From Catajapyx aquilonaris (lineage: Eukaryota): 26,137 nucleotides of DNA. The position numbers and the translations under genes were made by a program. Below the pieces are notes generated by a model, which worked only from the letters and a program-made list of their open reading frames with translations, searched no databases and had not been told where the DNA came from. Below are positions 7,580 to 17,542 of the stretch, piece after piece. The stretch is from assembly GCA_000934665.2 (NCBI GenBank), contig KZ538284.1:62001-88137 (forward strand). The letters are read 5' to 3'. Positions within the stretch are counted from its first letter, which is position 1; the number at the start of each line of letters is the position of its first letter.

Positions 7580-10500
7580 TCAACGAAGTGTGTTCACCTG
7601 AAGAAAGAATAGCCAATCAAGATCTCGGCAACATGCACATTTTTGCTACTACGAACATCAAGCACTCACAATGTCATCAATCTTAAGGATGCTGCGAACG
7701 GTCTCAGTTGCCAATGTAACGGCGCTAGTTGACACTAGCAGCGGCTGCACCACATGTTCCTCCAGAATATTGGTAATGAAACCCTGAATCAAGAATACAT
7801 CTGTCAGTTGATTGTAGCATGTAATAAGGTCAGCTTCGGCCTGCGTTGGGACAGCGGCATAACTTGCTCCATAAAGAGCTAGTTACCTTGCGAATGTTGA
7901 TCCCGGCTGTAGCCTCCCCCCTGGAGTGCCGGTTTCTGAGCTCCGTCACAGTGGCAATGGGGTTAAGGCCAGCATTCTCTGCAAGTGTGCATGGGATGAC
8001 CTCCAGGGCCTGGGCAAAGGCCTTCCAGCAGTGGCCATCTAAGCCAGTCAGGGTCTGCGCTTTTTCAGCCAGACGGAGGGAAGTCTCGATCTCTGGTGCC
8101 CCGCCACCTGCTATTATGTAGCGCTTCTTCACCAGGCACCGGATGACGCACAGTGCATCATGAAACGACCTCTCTGCCTCCTCCAGGACCAGCTTGTTGC
8201 TACCCCTGAGCATTATGGTCACAGTGCGACCTGCATTCTGGATGCCTGTTACCTATCCAGCCCCAGAAAAATTTAAAAAACGAGCATGTTACACTTGATC
8301 TTAGAGCGTTGGGTGGGGACTATGCCTGTAGCACAAAGGAAGCTCAGCACATGCTTGGAGGTTGCCTTGGTTCTCTTCAGCTTGATTCAGACAAGTCTGG
8401 TGAAATATTCATCCCTGCTTCCTATTTCAAAAAAAATGAAATCGTCTACCCGATATGATTTATGCTTCCTGATAAGACTCGGAGTAACTGAAAAGTCGAT
8501 GTGAAATCTTCAGTGGCAGTAAAACCTGTCATTCTGCCAAACCTGCTCATAACGAACTCATGCTTATCCCAACATTACACATCCAGTCGACTTCATTTTG
8601 ATATGTGGGTACTACCTGCAAGACGAATATTCCTACTTTCCAATAATCCGGACCTTTGCAGCTAACTTCCCAAGCACACTAAAACCTGTTTGAACAAGTC
8701 ATTGCATAGAGCAAAACTTTTGTTTCATCGCAACAGAGGATTTTCAGCGCATTTTTGCCTTACGTAACAGAAACCATGTCTGCAAGTAATTATTTTTGCA
8801 GAATGGAGCAAGCCTCCCGCAGACTTTTGTGTATGCAAATACCCACTGCACGCATCATTGTAATGCACAGTAACAAGCATGATGCAATCCCAAAGGTTTG
8901 ACACTGTCCACATGGACTGTAAGCACATTTTCCCAACAATCAATTATCAGCAACAATGTACGTCACAATGAAAGGAAGCATAAATCCCCAGCAGCAGACA
9001 GTATTTGAAAGAGTGGCATGCGAAACCCATCAATTCACTTACCTTGACCATCTTCGAGGATCCCATGCTGACCTCCTCCACCAGCTCTGCATTGGACAGA
9101 TTCTCAGGAAGGAAGTGGTCGAGACTTGCAATGGGTCTGCATCCCAGAGTCTGAAATGACACGGCAATGCACATTTTAACTGCTTTCCTAATAGTTACGC
9201 TTCCTCTCTACTAACCTTGCACACAAACTCAATGTCTTCCCTCTCAATGTCCTTCACAACCAGAATCTTCATTTTGTGGAGGAAGTGAATGGCCAAGTCG
9301 GACAGTGCATCTCGAAGAATAGACTTCTGAACCAGCAGCACATTGCAGCCAGCCTTCTTGACCTGCTTCACCGCATTCAGAATGTATGCTCGCTCCTCAC
9401 GGAGGATGCGGTCCATGGCAGCATAATCTGATACGATCACATCGCTCTGCATCTGTTTGCAGCAGAAAAGAACCGGCGTGAATCAAACATCACTAGCAGC
9501 ACACTGGAGTAAATGGGCAAGAACTCACATCAGTCTTGGGTGGGGAAATGCAGAACTGAATGAGGCCGATCTTAGCCTTCTCAATCTTCTTGGGTCCTTC
9601 CGACCCAGCACTCTTATGGCTGAACAAGAGGCCGTCAATGAGCTGGGCATCCTCAAGGGTGCCGCCCAACGACTTCATAACCTTCACATCCCTCAAATCG
9701 ACGTTGGTCTCCTGCACAGCTGAAGCACCCTCACCAGTGCCTCCAGAAGCACCACAAAGGCGGAGGACTGCATCCACTGCCAGCGGAGCCAGCTGTGACG
9801 ACTGCTGAGACACAACCTGTAGCAAGAATAGTCAACAAACTTCGTTACTGACAGTACTTCAAGCATGTCAAAACCTAGCTGTGCGTGATTTTTATATTGC
9901 AAAATTTTCCCAGCAAGCGCAAGACATGAATATTTTTCATCAAATTATTTCTGGTCTCCTGCATGCTCAGGGCCAGGTTGGTCAACCTGGCCTGTTTCCG
10001 TTTGAGATCAGGGTTCAGAGGTGTCCCAAGAAAATATTCATCATCGCACACAGGTATTCATTAAAATGACCGTTACTAATTTCATTGCAATTATATTGTG
10101 CGCGTTACATCCCCCCCCCAGCGGACCACTCCCTACCTTTGAGTTGAGGGAGGTGCTGGCACTCCTCAGGAGGCTGTCTCGATCCGAGAGCTCCACAGGG
10201 AGAGCCATCTCCTGCAAGATCTTTGTGGCTTCAATAGACGCCTTTCCATACGCTTCAGAGATGCTCGTTGGGTGTATCCCACGCTGGAGAAGCCTCTCTG
10301 AGGCTTCAAGGAGACTGCCGGCTAAGACCACGACGCTGGTGGTTCCATCCCCAGCCTCCGTGTCTTGTGCCTTGGAGAGTTCCACCAGCATCTTGGCTGC
10401 TGGATGCATCACATTCATCTGCTTCAGGATGGTGGCTCCGTCGTTTGTGATCGTCACTTCCCCATTGGCAGCCTGGATCTGGAATTATTGTTATAGGTCT

Positions 10501-13425
10501 TCTTAATCAGAAGGGCCTCAATAGTCATTCTCAACTAAAGTAAATGCTGACGACTGGATAGTATGTGCTCAGATTAATAGCTTCGGTTTTGACATCATAT
10601 TGTCAGAAGATCCCACGATAGTTCATCATTGCACGTTTCTTTTCCTCACCCTCCAGTGCTACGAATTAGTTGTAGCTGATAGCAATAAATTCGCAATAAT
10701 TCATATTGGAAGTTGTTCCGCAAAATATTATATGAAAACATGAAAGGCAGTTTTTAAATATCTGTCCCCTGAATAGTGAAAATCATGGCTCAAAAGAATG
10801 TGTTTTTTTTTTCCGCATTTCAAATGGTCACACCAGGCACTAAAAAAGCTTCCAAATTTTAATATTCAGACTGATTATGGCCAATTACTTCAAATAAAAA
10901 TTATTTCAAAACACTGCAGAATCATTAGTGGAAGGGATCCTTTAAGGTATTCCTGTCACTTCTTGAAAGCAACAACTTGACTTTTCCACCAGTCTATTAT
11001 TAAAGAAAGGGTTTTTAGGTTCTACACACCCCCAAAAAGGGTAGGAATTTAGGCCCTAAAAACAGTCAAACCAGGCTCTTACTCGGCAGTAAAAATCAAG
11101 CAGGTCCAAATTAATTTTCATTACTATGCACTCTTACTCCTGGCCATTGAATTTTGCAGCACAGTAATCAACCAGCAGTTATTCCACATTTTCATTGGTT
11201 AGACGGCAACGCCTGTCTAACAATGCATCTGAACACATTGAAAATGACATTTTGACGTCACACCCAGTGACTGGATCACACTTGGAAAATGAAATTTCTT
11301 CTACTACCAGTTTGTCCTTATTGCCTACATACTTTTCACAGTTCGCAGGTTGATGCCTTGAACGGAAAACCCGCAAAACCTCTCGAAATTCTTCCAGAAT
11401 GGCATGAAAACGGTGGATATAGGTGAAAATAGGTGCTAAAGGCAACGGATTTCTTAGAGTGAACTGCTGGGCCCATGGCCCCGCCCCCAAACAAACTTCT
11501 CTCCTCCCTCCTCCCCAACTTCTCCCCCCCACCACTTTGGCACCATGACATGTATCCCTGCGCCGGAGCGGGAAACCTTATTCCGATGGTGCTTTTATGC
11601 GCGCCGAAAAGAAGTGCCTGGATTTCTCCTAATAAGTCGTTTAATACATGATTGATTTTAATTTATTGCTCGATGATGGGATTGTTGGGATTGTTGGGAT
11701 GGAGTAGCATAGGTCGCGGGCAAGACATGGCGACAAAACAAGAGCGAGAAGGGCATGAAACATGTTATAAAAAGTTTATTAGCGTAATTATTCCAACCTA
11801 CTGCAAAAGTATGCGGCTGCCGCGTGACCGAAGTCAGAAGCGTTTGTCTGGGTCCCACTTGGACCGGCATGTCAGGTACAGCATGACAGACACAGGCGGC
11901 AGACGAGACATGGTGGAACCACGGGTGGAACAAGAGATTCGAACGATGCTTCGAAATTACGCTGACACGGATCCCGATGCTCTTTTGTCTCTCGCCTTGA
12001 AAGTAGTCCCCATGTGGCCATATCGAACGACTTTTGCTGATTTTAATTTTTCTATTACGCTATTCTAAATAATGCTTTAGTGTTCATAAATTATGTCAGA
12101 ACCAAATAATTGATATCGGTCGAATTCCTTTTTAAAATACACCGTCAATTACATTGATGTATTTTCACCTGGCAATGGTCATACAAGCGACCCCATTGGT
12201 TCGCCCGGGGGGGCGTGTCTGTTCACTCTAAGAAATCCGTTGCCTTTAATAGGCAATTCAGGTTCCAATACCCGAAATAAGCTATTTTATGGTTTACCAA
12301 ACCACGATTTTTGAGGTCCTTGTGTTATGAAAGAGATCGATATTTTGGCTCCGATGTTCCTCCTACATAATAAACAAGATTGGCAAATCACATGGCGTGA
12401 TTTTGTGTGGATAGAGTGAACCCAGTACACCAGGGCGGGTCCCAGGAAGTTGACCACGACATGTTAGGGTCACGATTAATCCGAATATATTAACAGTTTG
12501 CCTCAATCTTTTATGGTTTAGGTCCTGATACCTGTCCACAGACGGACAACCGTTCTATGACTTTTTCCCAGAACCGAAGCAGTTTGGTGGAGTGGATAAG
12601 GTGTTCGACTGCTAATCGGGAAGTCCTGGGTTCGAGTCCCAGGGCCGGCAATCCTAACCGTGGTTATCTGTGGTTTCCCAGTCCCCCCCAGGAGAATTCC
12701 AGGATTGCTTCCGTAATTAATAGGCCACAGCCGCTTCCTTCCGTCCCTATCATATCCCAAAAAGCAAAGAGTTCCAGTCAAAACAAAATTGGGATGAACT
12801 CCCCTGCCTAAAGAGCCGCCGGCTGATAACAGGGTACGCATTATTATTATTAGTACTTTTTCCCAGATGATGAATAAGTCTAAAAAGTAGGTAAAAACCT
12901 CCATTCTCTACACTGTAAACCTGTAAAAGAGCATCACTGGTGAGTCTCGCATGGAACATCAATTTTTTAATGCTCTTCTTGTGATGCTTTTTAGCAACAA
13001 AAACGTATCACAAGGAACTATAAAAATTGATGTTCCATGAGAGACTCACCAGTGATGCTCTTTTAATGTTATCAGGTTTACAGTGTACCTAATTATATTT
13101 TAATTCCTTCCATCACCCTCCACCCAATAGGAGTAAACCAAAGGTGTCACCTTACCATCTTATCCATGCCCCTGGGACCCAGGCTGGTTCGAATCGCATC
13201 GGCCACAGCTGGAAATTTAAAACAAAAAATAAATGTAATGCATTGTTAGAAAGAATTCCCTTTGGAACAAAGGGGGGGCCATGTAAGGCCATGTTCGTCC
13301 CACGCCTTTTTCATCCTTCCCCTGACCACACCTTTTGCGGCGACGATGTTGCTGCTCCTGATCTCCGCCGCCTTGTTCTTGTCCTTGAAGGCCCCTGGGC
13401 CCTTCATGTTCGTGTTGGGGGTCAT
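7580..13425 (-). CDS. CCT4: T-complex protein 1 subunit delta (CCT4), about 539 aa
   Basis: Exons 13425-13332, 13208-13156, 10478-10137, 9816-9529, 9452-9216, 9150-9043, 8252-7887, 7783-7670, 7597-7580 (or 7353-7336) join in frame. Motifs: [78 protein letters not shown]. Confidence 0.97.
8338..8422 (-). ncRNA. C/D box snoRNA in CCT4 intron 6, predicted 18S guide
   Basis: GGAAGC/GCTTCC stem, variant box C GGGATGA, guide CACCAGACTTGT-CTGA (D') antisense to conserved 18S GCAAGUCUGGUG, box D 8347-8344; 91 nt from the acceptor. Confidence 0.85.
9964..10048 (-). ncRNA. C/D box snoRNA, SNORD58-like (type B), CCT4 intron 3
   Basis: Box C ATGATGA 10044-10038, guide TTCTTGGGACACCT-CTGA, hairpin GGCCAGGTT/AACCTGGCC, box D 9970-9967. 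Confidence 0.88.
10565..10634 (-). ncRNA. C/D box snoRNA in CCT4 intron 2
   Basis: GTGC-A-ATGATGA (C)...CTGA (D')...ATGATGT (C')...GAAGCTATTAAT-CTGA (D)-GCAC. All four boxes plus a stem; 90 nt from the acceptor. Confidence 0.88.
12573..12854 (+). mobile_element. tRNA-derived SINE in CCT4 intron 2
   Basis: A box TGGTGGAGTGG, anticodon-like arm CGACTGCTAATCG (Ser-GCT-like), B box GGTTCGAGTCC. Body GTGGTTTCCC...TAGGCCACAGCCGCTTCCTTCC resembles insect Talua/Lm1-type SINE cores (from memory). (TTA)n tail and 13-bp TSD ACTTTTTCCCAGA at 12560-12572 and 12855-12867. Confidence 0.88.
12911..13085. mobile_element. Foldback MITE with CACTG termini
   Basis: TA|CACTGTAAACCTG...CAGGTTTACAGTG|TA. Near-perfect internal inverted arms AAAAGAGCATCACTGGTGAGTCTC-CATGGAACATCAATTTTT. 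Confidence 0.85.
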
Positions 13426-13489
13426 CTAGGGTCGGGTGGACTAGGGACACCGGGAGGATGCGATCCGATTTCGTTCGAGAGGGTCCAAC

Positions 13490-14336
13490 GAGAAGGAGGG
13501 GAAGAGGAAAAGAAGAACGTTCCAGAAGAACACAAGGGGAAAGGCAAAGGCTGCGTCTCCGTGTCGCAGACCGGCTGTGACGTCATCACGGCGCTACGGA
13601 GACGCAGCCAGTTCGGATGTAGCTGCAAGAGGGCGACTAGCAGTTATATTAGTGTGTGTAAACTTTGGTGTGAACCAACTATCGAGCTAAACATACGGTT
13701 AACCACATTGACAGCACAAATGTTAACACCTAATTGCCTGTTCGTTACTGCAACAACTGTAGTTAAATACGCATTTAATGCGCATCACACGGCCAATCGC
13801 ATCCTACTAATATAACGGTTGACTGATCATATTAGCTACATATTGTATCCCTGGTGGTGACTATCTCCATATTTTAATGCATTAACTAATTATCCAATTT
13901 ATTCTGCGCTAATTAATTAGTAGAGGCAATTTCGGTGCAATGCATTTTGATTAACTGTGCTGAATACAATCCTGCACTGAAAACAAACCGGAAGTACAAC
14001 CGGTAGCCAATCAGAACTCTTCCCGCTACATGTACTTCCGATCTAAGCCCAATCCTAGCCACTTAAACTTGCAAATTTAATTATTTTACATTCAACTCCC
14101 ATCGGTATTACTCCATATATTTTAACAACTAACAGACACCCCTGTAAACCTCGCTTGAATCTACAAACTCCACATTTAACTGGAAAAGGGGAGACCCAAC
14201 CCGTGCCTACTCCTATGCTGAAAAGGGACTCAAACTGGGCGCGGGCACGTGAAGGAAAAAAAAACGGGAAGAAAGGGAAGAGCCGGAGAGTCCTGAAGGA
14301 AGAAGAGGTTCGCACTTCGCAGACAGGAGACAGGAC
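13490..14336. promoter_or_regulatory. Divergent promoter region shared by CCT4 and DTL
   Basis: Head-to-head ATGs about 910 bp apart. Pyrimidine-rich TOP/TCT-like CCT4 leader (13550-13490, minus strand), CRE TGACGTCA 13578-13585, ETS CCGGAAGT 13988-13995, CCAAT 14007-14011, E2F-like TTCCCGC 14020-14026. Confidence 0.6.
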
Positions 14337-16358
14337 ATGGCTGTACTAAACAGGCTGCTCCGCAGGGAGAGACGCGGTGGTGAGTAGTCAGATCTACGCT
14401 GGACACATGCCATTTTAGTAGCAGCATTAGTTAGTAGTAGCACTAGTGGTAGTACCACTACTAGTCAGTAGTCACACTACTAGTTAGTAGTAGCACTAGT
14501 CAGTAGTCACACTACTAGTTAGTAGTAGCACTACTAGTTAGTAGTAGCACTACTAGTTAGTAGTAGCACTACTAGTTAGTAGTAGCACTACTAGTTAGTA
14601 GTAGCACTACTAGATAGTGGTACCACTAGTTAGTGGTAGTACCACTACTAGATAGTGGTACCACTAGTTAGTAGTACCCGGTAGTACCACTACTAGTTAG
14701 TAGTCGCACTAGTTAGTAGTACCACTACTAATTAGTAGTAGCACTAGTGGTAGTACCACTAGTAAGTCTAATGATGATGATGATCTACAGACTTGCTGAG
14801 CTTCAGGGACATGGAGCACCTCCTGTATTCACTGCGATGCAGGCGTGAAAATGTGTACTATGGGTTCAGTGGGGAGGAAGAAGGGTTGGAGGACATACCG
14901 CCTATGTATGCGTGTAAATTCAATCCGACTCCGGGCCGGCAGCATTGGCTGGCTATGGCGGATGAGGACGGGTGTTTTGGCCTTTTGGATACCACCAGGG
15001 AAGCGGCGGAGTCAGGGTGCATGCGGGGTGGCTTCCATGCACACAACAACTGCATTTTTGACCTCAGCTGGCTTCCGGGGGAGCAGAAAATTGTGACGGT
15101 GTCTGGAGATCAGAGTGCTGTTGTTTGGGACGTACAGACTTTTCCGTATCGTGCTGTCAACTGGTTCTATGGGCACACCAGGAGCGTGAAGTGTGTTGCA
15201 ACTGCTCCGTGTGGAAATGGTTGGTAGTTACTCACTGAAGACGTAGCAGGCATGTTACTGATTCGCAACATTTCATTAACAGGTGTTCTGGCGACTGGTG
15301 GTCGGGATGCAGCTGTGTTTGTATGGGACTCGCGCAAGAAATCCCCTACACCGGAGAATCACATCAAGGCCCATACCAGCCAAGACCAAAAGATGGGCCA
15401 TGGCAGTGTGACGGATATTGCTTTCTGGGATGACTTTCGCCTCATTAGCAGTGGTGCCACTGATGGTGAGAGTCGTGTTTGGGATCTTCGCAAGAGCTAC
15501 TCTGTATATACCCGTGCTCCTATGCCCCTGACTCGCTTGACCCCTCATGGCAAGCCTATAGCCATCACCTCTCTTGCCTTGGATCAATCCCAATCCCTGC
15601 TCTACACATCATGCATGGACAATCATATTTACAGGTACAACCTGGCATCACCGAGCATCCATCCTGATGTGGCCTATCATGGGCACAGGGTAGAAAGCTT
15701 TTATATCAAGATCTGTCTTAGCCCATGTAGTGGGTACCTTTTGAGTGGGTCCAGCAATGGGAAGCCCTACGTGTGGTCTGTAAATAGTCGAGACCCTCTT
15801 GTGGAATTGGATAGACATTTTCAGGAGGTGTCGTGCGTGGCGTGGTGCCCTGCTCCAGGACTACCTCGTATGATCACCTGTGGAGATGACTTGAGGACCC
15901 GAAAGTGGGAAGTGCTGCCTGAAGATTATGATAATGTTGAGAGAGCCCAAGTTCCAGAAAAACTTGACTTTTGTCACTGCGACAGGTGGTTCAAGCCTGA
16001 TGAGCCAGTCAAGAGAGTAGCACTGGTTAGTCGAGTGGTGCCACAGGACACTGTGTCACCAATCCGTTCCATGGTAGCAGACCTGCCCAATCTAGTCTTG
16101 GACAGCCCTCCCGACAGAGGACTCCGACACAGGGCAATGCACAAGCAGGGACCAATGGATTGGCTTACGAGGATGGGGAGGCAGAGGAAGCTCAAGTTTG
16201 CTTCTACGCTTAAGCCTCAGGAAGTCTCACCACGTCAGTCATCACCATCACCAGGGCGAACCCCCAAGTCCGGAAGGAAGCGCAGGGTCAACAACACTCC
16301 AAAACGTGGAAAGATAAGCCTGCACCAGTTCTTTACTACTCCGGACAAAGGTAAATGA
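14337..16358 (+). CDS. DTL: Denticleless / Cdt2 WD40 substrate receptor of CRL4, about 515 aa
   Basis: Exons 14337-14379, 14791-15219, 15283-16358 join in frame. Motifs LAMADEDG, AHNNCIFDLSW, SGDQSAVVWD, GHTRSVK, SGATDGESRVWDLRK, SFYIKICLSP; basic, SP/TP-rich tail with PIP-like ISLHQFF. Confidence 0.93.
14417..14764. repeat. TAGT/ACTA-based self-complementary minisatellite in DTL intron 1
   Basis: About five tandem 19-nt units TAGTTAGTAGTAGCACTAC (about 14515-14610) plus variants; many ACTAGT and GTGGTACCAC palindromes. Confidence 0.9.
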
Positions 16359-17249
16359 ATTGGTGTTGCCAAAGATCCGCCATCATTTCATCGTTACATT
16401 TTTTAAAAATTCATAACCATTGCTGTTCAATACACTACATATAATTATTGTATCGTGTTTACTACTGCTGCATATTAGATGAAAATTATTGCATTTATCA
16501 TTAGTTGTGTTCACTGCAGCTAGGTTCATGTACGAATGCAACTGAGTGTCCAACCAAAAAGCGCACACATGGAAATACCACTTGTTATCCCATGGACTAG
16601 TAAGTGAAAGTTTCATTCCAACCATGATTCTAGTGCAATACCATTTGGCAATGGTCTGCCTATGTAGTGTTGTGACAAAATGGGTGCTTGCACACTCGGT
16701 TGCTTCTGTAATGAATCTAGCTACTCAACTGCCTTTGTATAAACGGATGAGTTTTTTTTTACATTTGCCATTAGTGTTTACCCACTGTACAATAAACAAC
16801 TACTGGCTGCAACTACTAGCATAATTCAACCTTTTCCAAGAACCTAACTGATCGCAATATTTCAGGAGTTCCCCACACTGTTTGTGGATTCCTCTCATGA
16901 CCGAGCTTAATTTAATGTGCCAGACCTTTCGTACCGGTACCGGTACGGAGAACGATCTGACCTCATCGTTCCTTCCATTGTTGCTGGCCGTGGAAACATT
17001 TATGACGTCAGATCGTACTCTCATTATCCGTACGTTATGTAAGCTTAACCAGTGCTTGTATTTCTGCTCATCAAGGTGTTTAAAAACTGCTTGTTATTTT
17101 GTGCCATGAAACTGATTTACTGTGTCCAGAAGCACTGACCTTTGAAGGAATGTGAAATAAAGCATTTTTAAAAAAAGCGCGCCAAGCAGGATTGTTCGAA
17201 AGCACGCTGAGCAGTGCGATCTGAATAAATACTGCTTTAATTTTATTAT

Positions 17250-17382
17250 TATCGATATAATGTTGCTGCAGCGTAAAATTACATTCTATAATCATATTTA
17301 CCGTTTCGCTGTTTGGAACTCATTTCCAGTCAGTTTAATTTTTTTTAAAGCGGCGACAGGAATGCGGCTAGAAGATGGCGGC
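17250..17382 (+). promoter_or_regulatory. Putative BBS8 promoter motifs
   Basis: DRE-like TATCGATA 17250-17257 and consensus YY1 site AAGATGGCGGC 17372-17382 upstream of the ATG at 17543. Confidence 0.45.
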
Positions 17383-17542
17383 TTTTGAAACGTCATTTTG
17401 TATCGATCGAACAGGTGTGATTTGATGTCCATTGCGTTCGATCCGCTGGCCTTCCACACTGTCTGACAGGATTGTTTGATCACTTAACAGTTCATGTAGT
17501 ACTAGAGGTTTGGTAGTCTAGAGCTGATAGCTGGAGCCAGCC

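Noticed and set aside
11652..12068. 138-aa ORF inside CCT4 intron 2
   Set aside because: Non-ATG start, lies among repeat fragments, no recognisable motif. It could be a decayed transposon piece but this is unsupported.
12575..12650. tRNA-Ser(GCT) gene
   Set aside because: No acceptor stem or long variable arm; it continues into a SINE body with tail and TSD.
13144..13815. 223-aa plus-strand ORF
   Set aside because: Antisense to CCT4 exons 1-2 and its promoter; no recognisable protein features.
16360..17542. RFX X-box expected upstream of ciliary gene BBS8
   Set aside because: Only partial half-site matches seen; no convincing full palindrome.
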